DNA of 64,000 nucleotides from Sarea resinae (Eukaryota): NCBI GenBank assembly GCA_026026165.1, contig JAPEUD010000005.1, positions 248,001 to 312,000 of the forward strand, read 5' to 3'. Shown piece by piece: positions 1 to 11,454 of this stretch (position 1 is its first letter; each line of letters starts with the position of its first letter). The notes under the pieces were generated by a model. It saw only the letters and a program-made list of their open reading frames with translations, ran no database searches and was not told where the DNA came from. The position numbers and the translations under genes were made by a program.

Positions 1-1690
1 AGGGGAAGAAGGTACGGAGGACGAGGGCCTGGGAGGTGGGGTTGTAGATCCGGATCCAGAAGCGGTTGTCGAAGAGGTGGAAGGGCGTCCAGTAGGGATG
101 AGATGCCGAGGTTGTTGTGCTTGGGTCTTTGGGGGCGGGTTCGTGCAGAGAGAGGGTAGGATGAGGAGAGGAAGTTGTGGCTGGTATGGTGATGGATGGT
201 GCAGTGCCAGCTTTGTAGGGCTGGCGTGTTAGCATCCAGACGTACTTGTCGTCGAGGGATATTGATTTCATCCGCGAGGGTTTGTTGTCCTCAGGTGAGG
301 CGACAAGAGGGCAGTATAGACGCCGGAAAGAAACACCTGCGGCCGTAAAGGAGGGCGGGAGAAAATGGCGCTCGAGGTCCAAGATTTCTGGGTCGTTCGT
401 GTCGGGGAATATAGCACTGACAGGCACACGGAGATTTTCTAGTTCGACGGTCTTTTGAGGAGAGACAAGATCCACGACTCGACGTATGACGTGCGAGGCT
501 ATGGGTTGGGCTTCTCTTCTTTTCCGCTCGCGAAAGGAGAAGGGGATTTTGAAGCTTTTGATTGCGTTTTTGGGGAATCGGACGACGAGGCCGCCGACAC
601 GCGCATCGAAGACTTCGATATCGCAACTTTGGAAGGCCTTCTGGACGCTGCTGTCCCTTTGAATTGATTTGTTATGCATCCGTAATGAGAGGGCGACGAG
701 AGAGTCCTTGCTTAGAGCTTCTGGGAGACGGTGCTGCTCGAGGAGGTAGCGCACGGCGTTGCGTCTGGTGAGGGTTCTGTCTTTATTGGTGGAGTCCTCG
801 ACCCATCGAGTGCCGGTTGCACGGCACGTTGCCTCGAGCCTGTTTTTACTGAAGCTAAGAAGAGGTCGGTGAATTGTGATCCCTCCCTTTTCCATCTCCA
901 TCGACGGAGGACTTTCGGGCGTATCCTTCTGTTCCGTGACCACCTCGTTCCTTAGATCGAAGCGCGGGTTCTGTGACCACCCCCCACTCTGGTATACCCC
1001 GTGGATGCCATAGCACTCTGGTATGTTGGCTGAGCGTACTATCCCCTGCAACGATAAACCCTTGTGGCCCGTAGCGATTCGCATCAGCACCGTCTCCGCC
1101 TGGTCATCTTCATGGTGTCCTAGAAATAGCTCTGAGATGTTGTGATCTCGACATGCGCAACCTAATGCCTGATACCGCAGCGTTCGTGCCTGCGATTCGA
1201 AATTGGATAGTTCGGAGGGATGAACGCCGTCAGGCCAGTGTATGGTGAGAATTTCCGATTTCAGTCCTGTCATCGATGGTTAGACACACTTTCCAGACCG
1301 ACAGAAGAGGGTGTCCGCACCCAATCTGCGTAAATTCGAGGCGACACGCTTAGCCTCAATGTCACTGCCTTCCCTGGCACCATGATCGACTATAAAAGCC
1401 CTGGCATACTGGGCAACGTGTGGGTATCCTGACGTGCGGAGGTTTCGGTAAAGCACCGCAAGGGCCATTGAGTCGACTCCTCCGCTGATGGCTAGACCTG
1501 CAGAAGAACACAATCGCGATTAGCAAGCTCATCCACCCCGTATCTTTTCCAAGAGCAGCATACCTAGCCTCCATGGCGTCTCACTCCGCCCCTTCCAGAG
1601 AGACCTATAGGCATTCTGAAATTCCTTGGCCGTGATAGGTAGATGCCGGAGCTTTGAAAAGCCCTTCACGGGCTTCATCCTCGATGTCAT
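1..1690 (-). CDS. tRNA(Ile)-lysidine synthase (TilS)-like PP-loop ATPase; 3' end runs off the window
   Basis: ATG 1690; introns 1563-1498 and 1320-1267. Spliced product has the PP-loop GLAISGGVDSMAL, IVDHGAR, ARTLRYQAL, LGHHEDDQAETVLMR, RPLLSFSK and WVEDSTN..RNAVR motifs of the TilS/MesJ family. Confidence 0.9.
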
Positions 1691-2145
1691 ATATGAGACA
1701 TAGCCAGAAGAGATCCAGTCCAGCTAACGGAGACCGCCAGAGAGATTCTCACGAGAACGTCGAAGAGTAAGCATGGCGTCTATGGCGTCCATGGCGTCCA
1801 TTGATGGCCGAAGTATGGTCAAGGCTTAGCGTCATTGTTGACTCGACTCCTTCTAGAACGATTCTGCCGACATCATCCTCCGAGCCCAACCACCACACAA
1901 TAACCCCACCACGCACTCATCTCTGCTATATTCACTGGCCCTGCACTATGCCATTTGAATCTAACGACGATTGTTCGCATTCGTCGTCCGCAGCTTCAGC
2001 ATATCTCTTCGTCCCTCTATGAGCTTACATTGTTACGAGAATATCATACCGAACAGGGAATTGGTTTCATCTAGAGTTCTCCAAGCATACTGATGCTGTC
2101 TTTCATCGAGCTGCTCACATCAGTCACAGCCCCACCATAGCCATC

Positions 2146-3260
2146 ATGAACGCCACCATTCCAGGCCTCGAAGATGCTTATCCTGTTCTCCGGCAGATGG
2201 CCCTTGAGCTCCCTATAGGTGTCGCGGGGTTTATTGTGCCTCTAACACTCTTCTACCTCTCTATATACGCACATATCAAGGGCTTTTACCAAACATTCAA
2301 CATTCTACTATTTACCTCCATCGCGGCATTTTTCGCATCGCATTACATGACCCCCATGCGCTGCGGTCCTATACAATGCCTTCAGAATTTCATGAGTAAC
2401 CACACCTTAAGACCTCCATCCGGCCGCTCCCCGTTCATCCTTCAGCCGTTCCAAAACCTACTGACACAGCCTCTTGTCTCATAGTCGCAATAGCCACAAT
2501 GAAAGCCCTGGACATATTCGCCCGTCGCAACAACGTCCCTCGCTATGCCTGCACTCCCAAGCCCCGCGACTCCGTCCTGGCCTTAATAGCTTTCACCGAA
2601 TTACGTTACGAATCCTTCGACCCGAACCGCGTGCGGGCCTCAATGAACGCCGAAAACTTCTCGGAAACCAACCAACTCGCCCTGCACACGGCGGCCTTTG
2701 CAGTCCTACAGGCCATGCCTCAAGAAATCCCCACAATCCTCGCCTGGGAGGTCCTGCTTGCCATCTACATCCTCTGGACGACGATGCAGCTCGTCCTACG
2801 CTACAAGACCTCGCCCGCCCTCTTCGGGCCTCTGTACCTTGCAGACAGCCTCACGGGTTTCTGGAGCGAAACTTGGCATAATGCCTTCGCGTCCCCGTGC
2901 ACCAGCCTCGCGTACGGCCCCGTGCGCCGCCATCTACCACGCCTAGGCGTCCCAGTACCCATCGCACGCAGTCTAGGTGTCATAGCCGCATTCGGCCTCA
3001 TGGCGGTTTTCCACACGTACGCGCTGACGCCGATCCTACCGCGCGAGAGTCTCTTGCGAATTGCAGCGTTCTTCCTGATCAATGGCGTGGCGACAGTCGT
3101 AGAGGCGTTTCTATGGGGGTGGCGCAAACACTGGGTTCGGGCCTTGTTGGCGTGGACGTTTGAGACGGCCTTGGCGACGTGGACGGCTGAGGCCGCCAGG
3201 ATCCCGCACGGCCTTAGAAATATCCCCTGGAAAGACATGTGTGATGCTCCGACTTCCTGA
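2146..3260 (+). CDS. Membrane-bound O-acyltransferase (wax synthase/MBOAT_2-like)
   Basis: Two exons joined across intron 2396-2484 (GTAACC..CTGAC..ATAG). Multi-pass hydrophobic protein with PLYLADSLTGFWSETWH and AFGLMAVFH motifs. Confidence 0.8.
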
Positions 3261-3678
3261 TTGAAGCCATATAACTTGCTCAACGTATCCATCTGTGGAG
3301 CGGCCTTTCATTTCTGTACTTTGTTCTGCACTTTGTATATTGGCTCCCTGAACACAATATACCCGGCTTCGCATTGGGTTATTGAGCGAAAAGTACGATG
3401 TCTACGACTTATGAGAGAGATAGAATCATCCAAGGAAGACAGGGAGGGAGGAGATGTGAACGACGGGTGGGCCGGGTTCCAGCATTCGCAACAGATATGT
3501 CCATATGAACGGAGCAAAATGATATATATAACAAAGAAGCAGCCCTTTCCTCCACAGCTCGACATTTTCTCACCGTTGAAATGTATATGAATCATCTCCC
3601 ACGCTCGAATCAATCATCTATATATCGAACAAGCCAACAACCACAAAGCCACCAAGCCCCAAGATTGCGAGTCCAAAT

Positions 3679-5573
3679 CTACCTCCCCACCACATCAGCC
3701 AACCACCTCATCAAACCATGCACGCCCTTCTTCTCCCTCCTCAACCCAAAGCCCCACCCAGAACTCCACCCCCACAATCCCACTCCTCCCACAAACCCCA
3801 CCAGAACCGCGCCAAACACTCCCATCAGAATCCGGCCCTGTCGAACCGCCTTGGCCTCCACGACGCTGTACCGCTCGGTCCCGAAGCTCACCCGCGAATA
3901 CTGCGTCGACCACCCGAGCGCGGGGATGTAGGCGGACAGGGCCTCCTCGATGCGTTTCCGGAGGTGGTAGAGCGGCGATTGCACCGATGCGCGCATCTCG
4001 ATATAGTTGCGGAGCGCGAGGGCGTTGATGGCGTGCGCGTCCGGCACACGGTGAGTCGTGTATTCCGTAAGAGCTGTGGCGCGGGCCGTGGTGATGTCAC
4101 TGGTGGGGGGAGAAGACGACAGCGGCGGGGACGGGGGCATATGTTTATCGAGGAGATCGAAAAGCACGTTGACGCTCTCGAAGCCGGCGTTCATGCCCTG
4201 CCCGTAAAACGGCACCATGGCGTGGGCGGCGTCGCCGACAATCACGGCGCTGGCTCCGTAGTGATACGGCGAGCATTTGATGTTGATGAGCGGGAGGTGC
4301 GGGTTGCGCGTGTATTGCTCGACCAGGGCATCCAGGCTGATGAGATCCGGCACGACACCTGGGAAGTGGACGTCAAAGAAGTCGAGCAGGGCTTTCGGTC
4401 CGTCGGATTTGATGGCGCTGTCTAAGGAGGCGAAAATGGAAGTTGGTAGGAAGAGCGTGCTGGTGAAGGAGCGGTCGAGGGATGGAATTGCAATGAACAT
4501 GAATTGCTGCCCCGGCCAGATATGCAGGTGATTTGGGGATAGACGAAAGGAGTTTGTGGCGGAGGGTGGGATCTGGAATTCGCACCAGAGCGTGTCGATG
4601 TATTCTTGGGTATAGTTCATCTGCGTGTATTTCATGAGATGGTAGCGGGTGGAAGAGTGGGCGCCGTCGGCTCCGATAAGGAAGTCGAAGGAAATTTCGA
4701 TCTCGTCGGCCTGGGGATTCTTGTTGGACACGTCATTGCGTCGCTCAAACCAGGCCCTGTTGGAGCGGAAGTCTGCGCCGGTGAGCTTGTGGTTGAAGAA
4801 GAAGGTCACGTTTGGCATGGCGTCGAGCTCGTCTAAGAGGCGCTTGTTAAGGGCTCCTCGGTCTGCGGCGCGGATGAACTGATATGGTGTTAATTGGAAT
4901 TTTGAAAGGCTGGATAGAAGATGGACATACTCGGCCGTGGATGTCGTATTCCTGAGAGTCTTCGTACAGGTCGCCGAGCTTATTACGGCCGTGGATCATC
5001 CGGCCGTGCATTGGGATAGTCTCTCCGAGCACTGCGTCTAAGAGGCCTGGGCATCCCGCATTCCGCATGGCATTGATGCCGCGTTCTGAGAGGGCCAGGT
5101 TGATGGATTTGGTGAAGTTGAGGGGAGTGGTTGAGGGATCACGGAGATCTGCAAAAATTAGAGCTTCATTTCACAATTTACAGAGTGAGACCTCTGACAA
5201 GGGCGAGGCGGAAACTTATGAAGATTCAACGAGGATCAAAGGGCAGACACATAATCAGGTCGCAGGCGAGAAGGAAAAAGCAGATTCAGACTGGTAGAAC
5301 TAGAGCGGTCAAAAGAAGTAACAGAATATAGCTAAACAAAGATGCGCAAACAGTAGACCCAACAGCCTCAGCGCCAAATGATAATCGGTCCGCAATAACG
5401 CAATTCTGCTAAGGAGATTTACACAACAGACAAAATAGTCAGCACTCACCTCCCCTAAGTTCATAGACCTCGACTTCATCCCCTCGGCCGGCCGCATATA
5501 ACGCCGCGAGCGCGCCAACCGGTCCCGCGCCAACCACAACCGTCTTTTGCCTCTTGGTTATAGGGTCCGTCAT
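3679..5573 (-). CDS. BNA4: Kynurenine 3-monooxygenase
   Basis: ATG 5573; introns 5449-5149 and ~4931-4879. Motifs [59 protein letters not shown]-terminal TM helix. Confidence 0.95.
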
Positions 5574-6236
5574 GCTTAATGATAGATATATACAACACAC
5601 TCAGTAATCCAAGAGGAACAACAGAAAGGCAGATAAAGAGCGATGTGATGGCGGGGGCAAATACGAGAGGTGGTAGCCAGGGTTGGCGTAAGAAAAGATG
5701 GATAATTCGAGGATCTATGAATCACTGATCCGATTAGATTGGTAGGCCGATGCTATCCGAGTGTCGATGATGGTATCAATGGGACGGTACAAGGGGTGGC
5801 GAGCCGTGCAATCCGCGAGGAGTGAGCGTGTGTACGGGGTACCTGACTAGGACTGAGGACGGTGATGCTACGCCGAGCACAGAGTAAATTGGGGGGTATC
5901 AATAATAATCAATCAGAGGATATCGACAACATATCAGATAATCATGAGCCATACCCAACACATGAGTGTAATGTACATACATAGTAGCGATGGGACGAAA
6001 GACAGGACAGAATTGATCACGGCCAAAGCTTAATGAAACGTTCTTGATCGCATATCTAATCAATCGCGTCCAGCTTCCCATCCCATCCCTACCGCATCAT
6101 CACCACCTCTCTCCCTTGAACACGCTCTGTCCGCTATGGCCAGGTGAAACAACGAGTCCTTCTCTCCTGCTCTCATCACGCCTCACACCTCACGTCTCTC
6201 CATTTCTTATCACCTCTGTTACTACCACTCATCGTC

Positions 6237-7154
6237 ATGTACATCCCGCCACTGAACACCCCCTACAATACTCAATTCCTGAGCTCCCAACCGCCCAGCT
6301 TCGAAACGGACACGATGCCTGTATCCGTGCCAGTACCCTACGACGACATGCCTAACAAGAAGCGGAAGAGAGAAGACGTAGCAGGAGCAAGACATAAGGA
6401 GCACAGCTTGTTCACATCAAGCAAGTACGTCTATGAATACTCCCGTCCAGAGTCTAGTAGTCAATCAAGTCTGCTCGGCTTCAATCGTTACTATCACTAA
6501 CCTCCTCTCCTGTTCACCAGCAGCACCCAATCAGCAACCTCCAGCCCCACGAATCCACCGACTCATCACGACAACTTCTCAGTCTCCCTGCCCTTCCCCT
6601 TCCTCGACTCCAGTGCCGTCTCGAAACATCCAGCCCCCACAAACGCTGTCCAGCACCCCCTCAAACTCCGCAAACAAAGCCACTCTACAAAAGCCAGGCC
6701 CACCCAACCCTCGCTCACAACGCATAGTCTCCAGTCAGCAACACACACGCCACAGAAACAACCACGACCTTCCCTCCTCTCCTCGTGCCACATCTGCCAC
6801 CGGCGCCCCACGACCCACACTCTGCTCTCGACCTACGCAGACTGCGACGCTTGCGGAGCGCGGACGTGTTATATCTGTCTTCGAGAATGCGAAGCCAGTG
6901 CGGGCGTCAAGGCCGGGGATGGAACAGGGCCGGGGATGGGAAGACATGACTATGACTATGACACCGACTACCCGGACTATGGTGACGGTGCCCACGGGGA
7001 TAGACATGGCCCCAGGGACAGCATCTGTGGCAGGAAAATCTGCAGCGCTTGCTGCGTCGAGCGCGGCGAGGAGGGTTTGGTATGCTGTCTGGCGTGTCTG
7101 AGCACCGAGATGTCAAAGACGGGGACGGGCACGGGCACGGGCACGGGAGCCTAG
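6237..7154 (+). CDS. Hypothetical protein with Cys-rich (zinc-binding-like) C-terminus and basic NLS
   Basis: Exon 1 from ATG 6237 (KKRKRE); intron 6425-6520. Exon 2 reads CHICHRRP..DCDACGARTCYICLREC..CGRKICSACCVERGEEGLVCCLACL. Confidence 0.7.
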
Positions 7155-7520
7155 GGGGAAGACAGGATTCCTGAGGCCACTGCACCCGGACATGAAGCCC
7201 TGTCTAGCACAGATGGGCCACAGGGGAACGAGGCCCAGCCAGAAGAAGAATAACACTGCAAGAAGAGCAGAAACCGGACATGGAGGTAAAGATTCCCACG
7301 GTTCAGGAACGGTGTTAATTCAGCAGCATGTCTCAGAATTTCTCCATTTTACTTTCCGCGTCACCATTTTTTTCCGTATCCCTTTAGCGATGGCCAGGTC
7401 GAACATCTCGCATTCTTTACATCTATATCATTTCCACGATTCCCATTTGTCATATGCTATCCGCTATCTGCTATCTGCTGTCTGCACACCCCTTCGAGCA
7501 ACCCCGAGTCATAACTCATA

Positions 7521-7590
7521 TCGCATTCTATCGCATTCTATCGCATTCTATCGCATTCTATCGCATTCTATCGCATTCTATCGCATTCTA
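7521..7590. repeat. Tandem repeat (TCGCATTCTA)x7
   Basis: Perfect 10-mer repeated seven times. Confidence 0.95.
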
Positions 7591-8156
7591 TCGCATCGCA
7601 CTATATCGCATCCAAACGGCCTCAGTCTAGCAACAAAGCGTCCCCAATCCTCGTGTCCTTTCTCTGTTCTGGGCATCAACATGATCCAGAAAGCGAGTAA
7701 GCGGACTCTTTGGCATTTCGCATTTTCCGTGGCAAACATGTATGGAGCATTATCAATCACATGCAATACATTTTCGTCTACTCCGCGGTTGCATTTTATT
7801 TATCACCTGTACTGAAGAGTATCTCCTAGACCCAACCCAATTGTCTCTCTGCATCTCTATCTATATCTATATCTATACCTTTTTCATCCTCTTCAAGCTG
7901 TCCTTGGAAACAGTTAGGACACCGGCACATACACACACATAGATACGGTCATACATACATCCATATCTTACTGCGTATTACTGCGTATCCATGCATGTAC
8001 CTCGGTAGTTCGCCCACACTCCCTCGCGTCGACTCCTCAACCCACGCATCGCCTACCCATTAGCCGAGCACCACGACGGAGTACTCACCAACCCGCACCA
8101 AACCTTTATATACCCCTCAAGCACACCTCCTTCCACAACCGAAGAAGGTACATCCA

Positions 8157-8253
8157 GGTCTTGTAGTCTAGTGGTATGATTCGCGCTTTGGGTACGAGCT
8201 CTTGCTAGCTGCTCATGTGTGCGAGGTCCTGGGTTCAATCCCCAGCAAGACCC
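8157..8253 (+). tRNA. tRNA-Pro(TGG) with 25-nt intron (8193-8217)
   Basis: Acceptor stem GGTCTTG/CAAGACC, A-box TAGTCTAGTGG, anticodon stem CGCGC/GTGCG around TGG (8189-8191), T-loop GGTTCAATCC, followed by a T-run Pol III terminator at ~8261-8269. Confidence 0.93.
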
Positions 8254-8449
8254 GAATACCTTTCTTTTTAGGGGGTTGTTTTTTTGACTGAATGAAAAAA
8301 AAAGGTGATTGATGATGATGATGATGAAGATGGATAGATGTAAATAAATGGTTTTAACTAAGGGACCATTTTTCTTTCATACGGCAGACAAGACTGACAG
8401 ACAGCCTTAGTTAGCTAGCTGTTATGAACGACTTAGTGTTTATTTACCT

Positions 8450-8453
<4 letters not shown>

Positions 8454-8536
<83 letters not shown>
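8454..8536. repeat. (CT)n microsatellite
   Basis: About 80 nt of uninterrupted CT dinucleotide. Confidence 0.95.
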
Positions 8537-8539
<3 letters not shown>

Positions 8540-9340
8540 ATTACTAACGTACTTTTAACGTTGGCATTGATGTCGATATAAATAAATAAATAAAATACCT
8601 ATCCTATCAACAGTTCTACTTCATAGTATTTCTTTCCTAAGCGTATGAATGAGCGTACAAGCGTACAAGCGTATAAACATAAACGTATGCGTGCAAGTAC
8701 AAGTACAGATACAAGTATGATCATAACAAGCAAGCAAGCACCTCACCCAACAGAGTAAGAAAACCCCCTCAGTCAGTCAGTCAGTCATCCAACGTACGTA
8801 GGTAGCGTAGGTAGCGTAGGTAGGTAGGTAGGTACCCAGTGATCATGCATGCATGGATGTGGTTTCAGATACCTTTTTTCTTTCAACTGTCTGTCTGTCC
8901 GTCCGTATGAATTAAGTTTTGAGATTAAGAGAGTTTTTTTTTTCTTTTTGGATCTATGTAGAAAAGGTAGCCAAGGTAGGTAGGTAGATGAGAGAGAGAG
9001 AGAGATCGCTACTCGAGATGTGCGCGTGCCAAAAGGGGGTAATGTGGGTAGATGAGTATATATGTAGTATATGGAGATGGATAGGTAAGTAAGGTAGGTA
9101 AGTAAGTCGGGAGGAGGCAGGTAGGTGCGTAGAATGTAGGTACCCCCAAAACGACAGCAGAACAGGCTTTCTTGATATTAGAACAAAACGAGAGAGTAGG
9201 GACATCTTTCCATAATACGTGCACGCGCGCATCATGCATCTGATCCATCCAACTAACCGACCAACCCAAGCACTCACTCCGACAGACGCTTGTTTTTCCA
9301 AACGAACCCAAAACAGAAAAAAAAGCAAACACAAAACACT

Positions 9341-11454
9341 TTAAATATGCAGGCGCTCTTCACCACTCGACTCATCGGCATACTTCTCCTTGCCGAGAAT
9401 CATGGGCGACTTTTTGCTCGTGCGCTCGAAGAAAGTGCTGACATCCGACGAGAGCACATCGTCACCCTCCTCGGCGTCGGGATCGATGCCCTTCTCGTTG
9501 GCCGCCTTGCGTTCCTGACTGGACTCCCAGTCCGCCCGCATCTCCTCGACCTTCATCTTGTAGTCGAGCTCCGGGTCGTAGTACTTGCCGGCGCCACGCA
9601 GGCGCTCCCACAGGGACAAGTGCTTCGGGTGCACCGCAATACCGTGGTATTCGGCCTCGCGGCCTTGGCGGATGTATTGCCAGCGGCGTTCTTGCTCCTT
9701 GAGATCGAGACCCGTGGTATCGGGTAGGAAGACAAAGGTGAGGAGAGCACCAGCGAGACCGAACCAGGGGACGACCTTGAATTTCTGTTTCGTGGTGATG
9801 TAGTTGTAGAGCACGGCGGCCAGGAGAGCGCCGAGCTTACCGACGGCAGCGGAGAAACCGTGGGCAGAGGCGCGGATGGGGGTGGGGTAGACCTCGGCGG
9901 CGACGAGGAAAGTGACCGAGTTGGGACCGAATTGGTTGAAGAAAGACGAGAGGAAGTACATGGTCTGGAAGGCTTTGATATGGGACTTCTCGAGGTAGTA
10001 GTCGTAGTGGAAGGCGGGCACGACGAACATGACAAAGCACATCAAGAAGCCGACGATCTGCATCCACTTGCGACCGTAGAATTTGCTGTCGATGAGGAAA
10101 GCTGCAAGCAAACGGTCAGCGAAGATGGTCAAGGCGACGAGAAGAACACCTACAAGCCATGTAGTATCCCACGAGAGATACGCCGACGTTGATCAAATTA
10201 TACAACCAACCGGGCATGATGGACTTGCTGTCCGGCATGATAACGTCGATAAATTGACTTTGGAATAATTTGTTGCCGTAGAAGAAAACATCATTGCAGA
10301 ACCAGGCTCCGGCAGTGGCGGCGAGACGACCTCCAAAGTAGCTGATGGTAAGCTTCAGAGACTCGGTATCGTATCCGGTGATATGTTCCCGGGCCTTCGC
10401 CTTAGCCAATTGCTTGCTGGCGGACTTCATCTTGTAGGCACGGTAGTAGACCAGCCAGAGAGTCCCAACGGCCGGAATGGCGAAGCTGACACGGTATGTC
10501 CACTGGGTGGAGACGGCCGAGTATTTCGGGTTGCCGCTGCCGTGATGGAAGATGAGAAGAGACAGAATCAAGATGACTTGGTTGAAGAATTGACCCCAAC
10601 CCTGCATCAAGAAAGCCTGGGTCACTTTGCGCCCACGGTGAAGACGATCCTCTTTGGTCGAGACCTTGCCGGATCCAGTAGCATTTTCCATCCCGGACGT
10701 AGCAGTCATCGGATATTCACCTCCGACACCGATACCATAGAAGAACAGCGACCAAGCGTAGCAGATGACCCAACCATTCAGCGTCGTACCCCATGCAGCC
10801 GTCAGCATGACGAGGCCGAGAAGCATGATGGAAGCATCTTGAATTAGACCCCAGCGACGACCGAGCCTGCGATATGCGTTAGATACGACGGGAGTATTGA
10901 AAGGACGCCGGACTTACCAATCGCCCAATATACCGACGAGGATTTGACCCACGATAATACCGCAGATTTCCAGATACTGCACCGCAGCGACCCAGGTCTT
11001 GTTGCAGACCTTGTTTGACTTCCAGCACGATTTCCAGACCGAGTTGAAGAGCGGCGTCAAGTTTCCGATCGAGAACAGGACGTAACTAGTCAAGCGTTAG
11101 CTACGGCGCGAACCAGATCTGACTTGAGATGGATTACCCTTCGAGACCCAGACCAGCACCGGGCAGGATAGAGTTGTGGAAGTACGAGTGTGCCGGACTC
11201 AATGGATCTTTCTTGATCATGCTACCAATGACACCCAGCTCCCGCTTGGCTTCTGCAGCTTCGTTGGCGGCGACGAACTTGGCTCTGGCGAAAGGGCTCA
11301 TATCAGCCCAGTAGGTTCCATTCTCGTCGTACAGATCATCGGGGCGGATCAGGTAGTTGAAGATGGATCTCTCGTCCATGGTCATCTCATGGATGGGATT
11401 GTGGTCGCCCTCCATATCGGGCCCATGAGGGGCAGCTGGACCGTAATCCGTCAT
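9341..11454 (-). CDS. MFS phosphate/glycerophosphodiester transporter (Pho84/Git1-like)
   Basis: Four exons (introns ~11137-11087, ~10917-10867, ~10152-10102). Motifs GDWLGRRWG, GIGVGGEYP, HRGRKV, AWFCNDVFFYG, FGPNSVTFLVAAEVYPTPIRASAHG. Confidence 0.9.

Noticed and set aside
2146..5573. Acyltransferase plus FAD monooxygenase as a secondary-metabolite cluster
   Set aside because: The monooxygenase is canonical BNA4 (primary NAD+ pathway), and there is no PKS, NRPS or terpene backbone gene in the window.
10102..10152. Apparent frameshift in the MFS transporter (similar breaks in CYP53 and the kinase)
   Set aside because: Explained by canonical GT-AG introns with branch points, so neither a pseudogene nor programmed frameshifting.
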